64,000 bases of DNA, from NCBI GenBank assembly GCA_964586255.1, contig CAZPGE010000001.1, forward strand, positions 64,750-128,749. Direction: 5' to 3'. The translations under genes were made by a program, and so were the position numbers. The notes beneath the pieces are model-generated. The model saw only the letters and a program-made list of their open reading frames with translations, ran no database searches and had not been told where the DNA came from. How positions within the stretch are numbered: the stretch's first letter is position 1; each line of letters opens with the position of its first letter. This DNA comes from an uncultured Candidatus Saccharibacteria bacterium (lineage in GTDB: Bacteria; Patescibacteriota; Minisyncoccia; Phycocordibacterales; UBA2100). This document shows positions 18,101-25,597 of the stretch, piece after piece.

Positions 18101-19057
18101 ATGGATTTCAGCATCTTCTCCTTAGGATCCAACGACGCACTCGCCGAGAAGATTGCGGGGCACATGGGCGTAAAGCTTGGCGCGATAAAGACCAAGGTCT
18201 TTTCCGACGGGGAACAGCAGGTGCAGTTTCTTGAGAATCTTCGCGGCAAGAATGTATTCCTTGTGCAGTCGACGAATCCGCCGGCAGACAATTGGGCACG
18301 GCTTTTTCTGGCTCTCGATGCGGCGCGCGGCGCCTCTGCCCGCGAGATTACAGCTGTCGTGCCGTATTTCGGCTACGCGAGGCAAGATAGGAAGTCGAAG
18401 CCGCGCGAGCCGATATCGGCGAGAGTTTTTGCGACGACACTCGAGGCGCTTGGAGCCGACCGCCTGCTCACGATGGATTTGCACAACGACGCGATAGGCG
18501 GATTCTTTCGCACGACCAATGTCGACTACCTTTACGCGCGCCCGGTGCTCATCAATCATTTCAAAGAAGTGTTCAAAGATGCCCTAGCGGCTGACGAATT
18601 TGTGGTGGTGTCGCCAGACGCAGGAGGCGTGGTGCGTGCGCAATCGTACGCAAAGCGACTCATGAAAGATGCAGAGCTCGCTATCATTCACAAAGAACGT
18701 GATATTCCCAATCAAATAGCTCGGATGAAACTTATCGGCGACGTGCAGGGGAAGGTCGCGCTCATTATCGACGATATGGCCGACACATGCGGTACGCTCG
18801 CACGCGCTGCCGCGCTCCTTAAAGAGAGCGGTGCCAAGGAAGTGTACGCCGCGACCACGCATGGCGTACTGAGCGGCAAGGCGAAAGAGACTATCGACGA
18901 ATCTCCAATATCGAAGCTCTTTATTACTGATACGATTTCGACGGAGAGGGAACTCTCGCCGAAAATTGAGGTCGTGTCAGTTGCCGGGATATTTGGTGAT
19001 GCCATACAACGCATCGAAAGCGGGGAGTCGTTGAGTGCTCTTTTTGAGGTAGAATGA
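18101..19057 (+). CDS. prs: ribose-phosphate pyrophosphokinase (PRPP synthetase)
   Basis: MDFSIFSLGSNDALAEKIAG aligns with the Prs N-terminus. AVVPYFGYARQDRK is the PRPP synthetase signature. Confidence 0.9.
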   Translation: MDFSIFSLGSNDALAEKIAGHMGVKLGAIKTKVFSDGEQQVQFLENLRGKNVFLVQSTNPPADNWARLFLALDAARGASAREITAVVPYFGYARQDRKSKPREPISARVFATTLEALGADRLLTMDLHNDAIGGFFRTTNVDYLYARPVLINHFKEVFKDALAADEFVVVSPDAGGVVRAQSYAKRLMKDAELAIIHKERDIPNQIARMKLIGDVQGKVALIIDDMADTCGTLARAAALLKESGAKEVYAATTHGVLSGKAKETIDESPISKLFITDTISTERELSPKIEVVSVAGIFGDAIQRIESGESLSALFEVE

Positions 19058-19061
19058 CGGT

Positions 19062-19343
19062 ATGGAAACACCGCGCCGCGATAGGCATGAGGGGAGCCAG
19101 CTCGACATCGCGCAGGAGGTACGCGCCGAGGCAGCCACATATCTTGAGGACAATGCAGAGTTGAGGGAGAACGTCTTGGGGTGCAAGAGTGCGGTCGAAG
19201 TCCGCGAGAAGATTCTCTCTCATTTTGATTTCCCCACAGAGTTCAATGCTTCACCGTCGCCGATTCTATCGGAGTTGCAAAAGGCGGTACTTGCAGAAGC
19301 GGTCGGCACTTGGAATGCGCAGCGCATCGCTGAGAGTCAGTAA
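19062..19343 (+). CDS. hypothetical protein
   Basis: ORF immediately downstream of prs. No motifs. Confidence 0.35.
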   Translation: METPRRDRHEGSQLDIAQEVRAEAATYLEDNAELRENVLGCKSAVEVREKILSHFDFPTEFNASPSPILSELQKAVLAEAVGTWNAQRIAESQ

Positions 19344-19348
19344 TTCGT

Positions 19349-19368
19349 TTCCTCTCGGCCGGAGTCGA
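19349..19368. repeat. 20-nt direct repeat of the tRNA-Arg 3' end (T-loop plus acceptor), 112 bp from the tRNA. att-site-like footprint.
   Basis: ttcctctcggccggagtcga is identical at 19349-19368 and at 19481-19500, inside the tRNA. Confidence 0.6.
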
Positions 19369-19481
19369 GTCAGGAATATTTCTTTTGCCGTCGCAAAAGA
19401 AATTTCACGACCCTGGCTCGCACTCACACGTGCTCGTGTGGGACCCGCTGCGCCCGTTCGATTCCAGACGTAAGCTACGCT

Positions 19482-19553
19482 TCCTCTCGGCCGGAGTCGA
19501 ACCGACATCAATCCCTTCGGAGGGGACTATCCTATCCATTGAACGACGAGAGG
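19482..19553 (-). tRNA. tRNA-Arg(CCG), CCA not encoded
   Basis: Minus strand reads CCUCUCG-UC-GUUC-AAUGGAUA-GGAU-A-GUCCC-CUCCGAA-GGGAU-UGAU-GUCGG-UUCGACU-CCGGC-CGAGAGG-A. Acceptor, anticodon and T arms are good. The D stem includes two G-U pairs. Confidence 0.65.
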
Positions 19554-19632
19554 TCTCTCGTACTATAGGCGAGCTCGTTATGCACTCCAAATCTAATCCC
19601 GCGCGAATCTGCGTCTCTGGTACTATATCGAT

Positions 19633-20109
19633 ATGAATCCGCAGACCAAGACCACCACGCTTATCGGCATCCTTGTCGTCCTCACTATCGTAGCCGGGCT
19701 TCTTATCTCGCTTTCTAATATCGCCAAGCAGCAGCGCATCCTTTCTATCAATACATTTGAGGAGTGCGCGCTCGCTGGGTATCCGATTGCGGAGTCATAT
19801 CCTGAGCAATGTCGCACGCCCGACGGCAGGATGTTCGTCAATGACAAACAGCTCCCTGTTTCAAATGAGCCCGATGGGCTCGGTATGTCGGCCAATGGGT
19901 GCGCCGTAGCGGGCTGCAGTGGGCAACTCTGTGTATCAGCCGATGAGGCGGGCTCCGTCATCACCACGTGTGAGTTCAAAGCCGAATATGCGTGCTACCG
20001 CGAAGCATCGTGCGAGCCGCAGACAGACGGGAAGTGTGGCTGGACCGAGACCAGAGAGCTCAAACGCTGCCTCGCAAATCCTCCCGCGTTTACGCCGGAG
20101 GCCAACTAA
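19633..20109 (+). CDS. secreted or membrane-anchored cysteine-rich protein (hypothetical)
   Basis: N-terminal TM or signal segment followed by a domain with 10 Cys. Confidence 0.45.
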   Translation: MNPQTKTTTLIGILVVLTIVAGLLISLSNIAKQQRILSINTFEECALAGYPIAESYPEQCRTPDGRMFVNDKQLPVSNEPDGLGMSANGCAVAGCSGQLCVSADEAGSVITTCEFKAEYACYREASCEPQTDGKCGWTETRELKRCLANPPAFTPEAN

Positions 20110-20198
20110 CCTCCGTTTACATTGGGTTCTCAGTATTTCATATTGTAAGGATCGTATAATACGAACCCGGCGCGAGCGCCGGGTTTGATGATGTCGGA

Positions 20199-20609
20199 TT
20201 ACCGAGTCCGGAATAATTGCGCGCTGTCCATCGCAATCATATGTTGTTCGAGCCCGATGATGATCTTACGAAGGAAGATAGCAGTTCCTCGCAAAGCGTC
20301 CTTATCGAAGGTGCCGCTGATCGCGCCGTCAATAACTGCAATGTGATCGAGAAAGCTTTGATTCCGGGCTGACTCGTCGGTGCGGAGTTTCAGGGCCACG
20401 TCGATCTTGCGGCGAATATTGTTTCCTTTCTCGGGTCCGCGCTCCATGCGCCGAAGCACGTTCAGTCGCGCGAGGACCAGGTTCGCGAGGGTGGGATCGA
20501 GACTTTTCCGACCACTCTGATTGTTGGCCAGATCTTCTAGCTGGACGGCGAGCTCATTGAGCGCCTCGACGTCCGGTTTCGACCGGGGTGTGTCGTCACT
20601 TTCTGACAT
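20199..20609 (-). CDS. hypothetical protein
   Basis: Start MSESDD has GAGGAAGG upstream. No family recognised. Confidence 0.45.
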   Translation of the reverse strand: MSESDDTPRSKPDVEALNELAVQLEDLANNQSGRKSLDPTLANLVLARLNVLRRMERGPEKGNNIRRKIDVALKLRTDESARNQSFLDHIAVIDGAISGTFDKDALRGTAIFLRKIIIGLEQHMIAMDSAQLFRTR

Positions 20610-20794
20610 CCGATACCTTCCTCGATTGAGTTGATGACTGTACATCTTATAGAACATTAATAGCAAAATGTCAAACTGTCTTCTTCGCGGACTGATTGAA
20701 GTCTGCTAAGATGTCGCTCTAAGGGCCTATAGTGGGTATATAGGCCGCTCGAAAAAAATGAGAATACATAGTATTCTCACTTTGTTTCTCGCTA

Positions 20795-20865
20795 GGGCCT
20801 ATAGTTCAGCGGTAGAATGCGTCCATGGCATGGACGAGGTCGGGGTTCGACTCCCCGTAGGTCCA
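20795..20865 (+). tRNA. tRNA-Ala(GGC), CCA not encoded
   Basis: Acceptor GGGCCUA/UAGGUCC has G3:U70. Anticodon loop is AU-GGC-AU and the T loop is UUCGACU. Confidence 0.75.
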
Positions 20866-20911
20866 CTAAAAATAACGAGGACAATGCGTAGCATTGGCCG
20901 ACTTTATTTTC

Positions 20912-20931
20912 TGGACCTACGGGGAGTCGAA
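20912..20931. repeat. Inverted copy of the tRNA-Ala(GGC) 3' end (20846-20865). With the tRNA 3' end it forms a long hairpin.
   Basis: tggacctacggggagtcgaa is the exact reverse complement of ttcgactccccgtaggtcca. Confidence 0.6.
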
Positions 20932-21023
20932 AGACGGAGGCGGGGAACCCATGTACTCATGGGTCGCCGAGTCAGGGCAGTGACCACTTAGCCTGAGCCT
21001 GTCGAAGGGTTAGTGAGTCACGC

Positions 21024-21042
21024 CGACTCCCCGTAGGTCCAC
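21024..21042. repeat. Direct copy of the tRNA-Ala(GGC) 3' end (19 nt), ~160 bp downstream of the tRNA
   Basis: cgactccccgtaggtccac is identical at 20848-20866 and 21024-21042. A 19-bp perfect hairpin follows at 21045-21087. Confidence 0.6.
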
Positions 21043-21044
21043 AA

Positions 21045-21087
21045 AGCGAAAGAATCTGCCCTGCGGCAGATTCTTTCGCTTTGTGGA
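21045..21087. terminator. Perfect 19-bp stem-loop (caaagcgaaagaatctgcc-ctgc-ggcagattctttcgctttg). Candidate terminator downstream of guaA; lacks a U-tract.
   Basis: Seen directly in the sequence. It lies ~100 bp 3' of the guaA stop on the minus strand. Confidence 0.4.
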
Positions 21088-21182
21088 GGGGCGGAGCCAT
21101 GTTTTACGAGCACGTAAAACGGGCGAGCCGTGGTCAGAGAAATTTCTGAGCGGCGAAGAAATTATCTGTGACCCACAATGCA

Positions 21183-22772
21183 TCATCCCCATTCGATGGT
21201 CGTAGGCGGTTTGTCGGAGATACGGTAGACGACAGCGCCTACCTCCCGCACCTCGTTGGTGATGCGACGAGACACACGGTCGAGGAATTCATAGGGGAGA
21301 TGAGCGAAGCGCGTCGTGAAGCCGTTCACGCTCCACACGGCCCAGAGCGCCACTACATGGCCCATGCCAGCGTCATCACCTTTACTTACGGTGTGCTCAG
21401 ATGCGGTGAGTGTAGCGCCTGCTTGCCATACAGAATTGTAGAGATCGGCTGCACGAAGCTCTTCAATGTAGATGCCATCGATGGCGCGCGCGGTCTTGAG
21501 CTTTCCAGCGGTAATCTCGCCTTCGATGCGCACGACGAGGCCTGGGCCGGGGAATGGGTGCCTCACGAGAAGCTCTTCGGGTACGCCGATTTCTCGGCCA
21601 ATTGCGCGCGCGGAATCTTTTACCTCGGTCTCGAGTGGCCGGAGCTCTGGCACGGAGAATTCAATGCCCGTGTTGTGGTGTATCTTTATCTCTGCAGTGC
21701 GTGCCCCTGTCTTATGTCCGTGTCCGCTCTCGCGCAAATCCGTGTAGAGCGTGCCTTGTGCGACAAAGTCTGCGCCGAATTCTCGAATCTTTTCTTCAAG
21801 CACCTCTTTATAGATGCCGCGCATGGCAAGTCGCTTTTCTTTCATCGCGGTCTTACCTTTGAGTGCCTCGAGGAATCGGTCAGTGGCGTCGACTATCTCG
21901 ACATCAATCCAATCTTGAGTGCCAAAACAGTCGTGCACAAAGCGTTCGTCATCGGGCCTATCGATTCCACGGATATAGACGCCTTTGATCTTTGCACCCG
22001 CTTCTCTCAACAGATACGCGACTACCGAAGAATCTGAACCGCCCGAGAGTGCGATAAGTACTTTCTTGCCGTCAATTTCTTTCTTGAGCTCAGTAATTTT
22101 TTGCTTAGCTACAGATTCGGCCGGGAATCTATCGGTGATACCGCAGATATCGAAGCAAAAATTCTCAAACATTCGGGGGCCTTCGAGTGAGTCGGAGACT
22201 TCTGGATGGAATTGAACACCCCAGAGATGTTCAGCACGACCCGCAGCAACCGGCGCATTGTCGGTCGAGCCCAGCACCGTGAGCGCGTCGGTAGCGACTA
22301 TCTTATCGCCATGACTTTGGAGCACCTGCGTCGATGCGCGGATACCGTCGAAAAGTGCATCCTCACCGGAGAGGTGAAGCATATGCACGCCGAATTCTCG
22401 CTTCTCTCCCGCAACGACAGAGCAGCCCACATGCTTCGCCCACATTTGGAATCCGAGGCAGATGCCAAGGGTCGGAATACCGAGGTCGAAGATTGCGTTA
22501 TCAAATGGTGGCGGTTCTTCGTGCACCGATGCGGGTCCGCCAGAGACGATGATGCCCGCGGGACCAGCTTTTTTGACATCTTCGGTGGTCACCGTGGCAG
22601 GGTCAGCGACGAGGCAGTACACACCGAGCTTTGAGAGCTGCTGTACGATAAGGTGGTCAAACTGGGACCCCATCGAGAAAAGGAGGATGAACTGCTTTGT
22701 CTTGCGGACGCGGAGCTCCTCCGCGAGAGATTCGATCGCTTCCGGGGTGGCTGAGCGGAAGATACTGAGCAT
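21183..22772 (-). CDS. guaA: GMP synthase (glutamine-hydrolysing)
   Basis: N-terminal GATase domain (FILLFSMGSQFDHLIVQQLSKLGVYC), PP-loop LIALSGGSDSSV, and C-terminal KPPTTIEWG. Start set at MLSIF (22772). The ORF continues upstream to 22898, but that would overlap the divergent gene. Confidence 0.85.
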   Translation of the reverse strand: MLSIFRSATPEAIESLAEELRVRKTKQFILLFSMGSQFDHLIVQQLSKLGVYCLVADPATVTTEDVKKAGPAGIIVSGGPASVHEEPPPFDNAIFDLGIPTLGICLGFQMWAKHVGCSVVAGEKREFGVHMLHLSGEDALFDGIRASTQVLQSHGDKIVATDALTVLGSTDNAPVAAGRAEHLWGVQFHPEVSDSLEGPRMFENFCFDICGITDRFPAESVAKQKITELKKEIDGKKVLIALSGGSDSSVVAYLLREAGAKIKGVYIRGIDRPDDERFVHDCFGTQDWIDVEIVDATDRFLEALKGKTAMKEKRLAMRGIYKEVLEEKIREFGADFVAQGTLYTDLRESGHGHKTGARTAEIKIHHNTGIEFSVPELRPLETEVKDSARAIGREIGVPEELLVRHPFPGPGLVVRIEGEITAGKLKTARAIDGIYIEELRAADLYNSVWQAGATLTASEHTVSKGDDAGMGHVVALWAVWSVNGFTTRFAHLPYEFLDRVSRRITNEVREVGAVVYRISDKPPTTIEWG

Positions 22773-22818
22773 AGATAGCGCGATGGTAACACAGACTTGG
22801 TTGGCATATAATTCATAC

Positions 22819-23232
22819 ATGTCAGGCATAGAGAATGGAGGCAATGGCGAGCGAGATAAAGATATAGAGGACGACATCACGCTGGAGCTCAGCGACATTG
22901 AAGCAATGCTGAAAGACCTTGAGGCAATGATGCCGGAGGTGCAAGAAGATATTGGTCACATCAGTGCCAACATAGAACGCGTGCGCGAACAGCTTGCACT
23001 GTTTGATGCTCGCGCCGAAGAGATGAGGGAGAGTGGTGAGCTGTCTGAAGACATGGAGGTCGCACGATCCATCGGGAAAGCCATGAATGACATCGAAGCT
23101 GGACTCCAGCGACTCATCGAAGATAAGGACGTCGTGCTCAGTACACGCATGTCGATAGAAAATGCCATCGTGGACCTTAAGGAAACTCGCGAGGAGCTCG
23201 AATCTGGTCTTCCAGAGAAGAAGCTTCAGTAA
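22819..23232 (+). CDS. acidic coiled-coil protein, paralogous to the C-terminal tail of the protein at 6795..7280
   Basis: ERDKDIEDDITLELSDIEAMLKDLEAMMPEVQEDIGHI... shows the same D-I-E/x-E-M/I-Q-E-D-V/I heptad pattern as the 6795..7280 product. Confidence 0.45.
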   Translation: MSGIENGGNGERDKDIEDDITLELSDIEAMLKDLEAMMPEVQEDIGHISANIERVREQLALFDARAEEMRESGELSEDMEVARSIGKAMNDIEAGLQRLIEDKDVVLSTRMSIENAIVDLKETREELESGLPEKKLQ

Positions 23233-23266
23233 GCAACGTCCGGTACATGCGTGCTAGCATATTGGC

Positions 23267-23608
23267 ATGAGAGAGTCTCCACGCCAGCCGCGTAATCTAG
23301 ATTCGAAAACAGAGAGTTCGCTCGCATTTTTGGGTCATCGCATCGAGAGCTGGGAAGCTCTAAAAGCTGCCGCAGATCCGTTGTCAGTACGCGCAGAAAA
23401 GGCACGAGAAGAGATAGACAAAGAGGTAAGTGCACTAACTGAGAACGGTTTTTCCCGCGGCGATGCTGAGATAGCATTCTTGAGTCAAGATTTTGCACTG
23501 CTGCTGTCGGCGCCCTCCGACGAGGCGGAGTTTGCGCGGCTCTGCAATGAGAGAATCGAGCTCTACCGAGGGTTACGAGGTGAGTATATAGAAAGTCTGA
23601 ACGACTAG
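23267..23608 (+). CDS. hypothetical protein
   Basis: ORF only. Confidence 0.35.
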   Translation: MRESPRQPRNLDSKTESSLAFLGHRIESWEALKAAADPLSVRAEKAREEIDKEVSALTENGFSRGDAEIAFLSQDFALLLSAPSDEAEFARLCNERIELYRGLRGEYIESLND

Positions 23609-23692
23609 TGTCAACGACGATTTCGAGGCCCCGTCTGAGGGCCTTTTTCATATCCGTAAGAGGTGGTTGTCAGTGTGGATAAGTGCCTTGCG

Positions 23693-23737
23693 GTGGGGTA
23701 TAGTGGTATATACTCTAATGCAGTGGGAAAAAGTGGG
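23693..23737 (+). promoter_or_regulatory. MraZ operator-like direct repeats (GTGGG/GTGGT boxes with 10-bp periodicity) overlapping a TATACT -10 upstream of mraZ
   Basis: GTGGG at 23693, GTGGT at 23703, GTGGG at 23723 and GTGGG at 23733. TATACT lies at about 23707-23712. Confidence 0.55.
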
Positions 23738-23749
23738 AAACCGTAGAAT

Positions 23750-24187
23750 ATGATGTTTATAGGGGAATACGAACACTCGCTCGATGAGAAGAAGCGCATC
23801 TCGCTGCCGAAGTCTTTTCGTAAGGATTTGGGTAAAAAGGTAGTGATGACGCGCGGACTCGACAACTGTCTCTTCGTCTATTCGCGCGCGAACTGGGAAA
23901 AGGTCGCAGCTAAGCTGCAGGAGCTTTCCTTTGCTCAGGCGGACACGCGAGGATTCAATCGATTCATTCTTTCGGGAGCTGCTGAGGTAGAGGTGGATAG
24001 CGCGGGCCGCATCCTCATACCGGAGCATCAAAAAGATTTCGCAGGCCTCAAGAAAAATGTCGTATTCGCCGGTGTGTCGGACCGCGTCGAAGTCTGGGAT
24101 GCGACGAGGTGGAACACCTACAAGGCCCGTATCGAAAAGCAAGCTGATGCGCTCGCCGAGAAGCTCGGGGAGATAGGCGCGCTCTAG
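23750..24187 (+). CDS. mraZ: transcriptional regulator MraZ
   Basis: MMFIGEYEHSLDEKKRISLPKSFRK and a second half, giving duplicated MraZ domains. It is the first gene of the dcw cluster. Confidence 0.9.
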   Translation: MMFIGEYEHSLDEKKRISLPKSFRKDLGKKVVMTRGLDNCLFVYSRANWEKVAAKLQELSFAQADTRGFNRFILSGAAEVEVDSAGRILIPEHQKDFAGLKKNVVFAGVSDRVEVWDATRWNTYKARIEKQADALAEKLGEIGAL

Positions 24188-24222
24188 TTGCACCAGATTG
24201 CTGGGGGATTATTTCAAACGTC

Positions 24223-25182
24223 ATGCGCACGCGACGCCTTATATCTCCCGGCAATCCGATGCCATTAGAAAAAAGCAGTCTGCTTGCGCCGGTAGGGCAT
24301 CGCACGGTTCTTTTACATGAAGCAGTTGAATCGCTTGCTATAGAGAAAGATGATGTCGTCGTCGATGCCACACTCGGTGGCGCAGGTCACGCACAGGAGA
24401 TTGTGCAGCGTCTCGGAGAGAAGGGGGCGTTTATCGGCTTTGATGCCGATGAAGAGGCCATAGAGAGAGCGTCAATGGCACTCAAAGATTCAAAAACACG
24501 CGTGCATCTCATACATGCCAACTTCCGCCATATGCGCGGTGAGCTTGAAAAAATTGGCGTGACGCGAATCGATAAAGTGCTTTTTGATCTCGGGTGGTCT
24601 GGATTCCAGCTTACAGCTGGTCGAGGCTTTTCCTTCCTCTCCGATGAGCCGCTCTCGATGGCATATGACAAAGATCAAACGCTAAACGCATACGTAATCG
24701 TCAACGAATGGCAGGAAGAATCGCTTGCCGACGTGATATTCGGGTGGGGCGAAGAGAGATACTCGAGACGTATCGCGAGCGCGATCGTCGCCGCGAGAGA
24801 GCGCTCTCCGATACGTACCGCAAAGGAGCTGGCAGACATCATAAAAGCTGCCGTGCCGACATCAGCGAGATATGGTCGGACACATCCAGCTACCAAGACG
24901 TTTCAGGCACTTCGTATTGCAGTCAACGACGAACTCGGTGCGCTTGAGGAATCTCTTCGCAATACGTGGCAGATTCTCGAGGAGGGTGGTCGTATGGCAG
25001 TCATTAGTTTCCACTCGCTCGAAGATCGAATAGTGAAGCAGCGATTTGTCGGCTTAGAGGAAAAAGGGGAGGGGACTCGCATCACACGCAAGCCGATTGT
25101 CCCTTCAGATCAAGAATTATCAAACAATCCGCGAGCTCGTAGTGCGAAGCTCCGCGTAATCGAAAAGAATCACCATGGGTAG
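24223..25182 (+). CDS. rsmH: 16S rRNA (cytosine1402-N4)-methyltransferase RsmH (MraW)
   Basis: VLLHEAVESL...VVDATLGGAGHAQ SAM-binding motif. An alternative ATG exists at 24259. Confidence 0.85.
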   Translation: MRTRRLISPGNPMPLEKSSLLAPVGHRTVLLHEAVESLAIEKDDVVVDATLGGAGHAQEIVQRLGEKGAFIGFDADEEAIERASMALKDSKTRVHLIHANFRHMRGELEKIGVTRIDKVLFDLGWSGFQLTAGRGFSFLSDEPLSMAYDKDQTLNAYVIVNEWQEESLADVIFGWGEERYSRRIASAIVAARERSPIRTAKELADIIKAAVPTSARYGRTHPATKTFQALRIAVNDELGALEESLRNTWQILEEGGRMAVISFHSLEDRIVKQRFVGLEEKGEGTRITRKPIVPSDQELSNNPRARSAKLRVIEKNHHG

Positions 25183-25573
25183 GCTCAAATCAATCAGTAA
25201 ATATCGTCCCTCGATATTCCAGACGTCTCTGGATTTTTCGAGTGCGCGAAAAAGCATGACGCTTGCCGTGGAGCATCCATATGAGAGCGCGTTCTTGCGC
25301 GCCCTCATGTTGATACTCCTCGTTCTCTTCACAGGGTATCTCTATTTCGTCGGGGCGTCGGTCCTCAACATAATCGCCAGAAAAGAGGCAGGCACCGAGA
25401 CTACCCGTCTGCAAAGTGCAATTGCAGTGATGGAGCAGGAATATTTTGCCCTCTCGCACAGTGTCGACGAGTCTATTGCGACTTCCATAGGGCTCACGAA
25501 CCTGCGTGAGACACAGTACGTCTATCGTCCGGGCACTGCCGTGGCTGCTACAATACCCGGCAATGGTATCTAG
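25175..25573 (+). CDS. ftsL: cell division protein FtsL-like small membrane protein
   Basis: Single-TM protein between rsmH and ftsI. Assignment is by position and topology. Confidence 0.5.
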   Translation: MGRLKSISKYRPSIFQTSLDFSSARKSMTLAVEHPYESAFLRALMLILLVLFTGYLYFVGASVLNIIARKEAGTETTRLQSAIAVMEQEYFALSHSVDESIATSIGLTNLRETQYVYRPGTAVAATIPGNGI

Positions 25574-25597
25574 TCTTAGGCGCCCTCAATTACAGGT

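Noticed and set aside
20866-21090. tmRNA or other tRNA-like structured RNA downstream of tRNA-Ala(GGC), suggested by the tRNA-Ala-type acceptor and T-arm copies
   Set aside because: A complete canonical tRNA-Ala with anticodon GGC precedes the segment. The downstream copies are only 19-20 nt of the 3' end, one of them inverted. No tag-peptide reading frame or pseudoknot pattern is evident. It is reported as an att-like or repeat structure instead.
21183-22898. Longer guaA N-terminus starting at 22898
   Set aside because: The extra 42 aa have no counterpart in GMP synthases and would overlap the divergent acidic coiled-coil gene starting at 22819. An ATG at 22772 aligns with the GuaA N-terminus.
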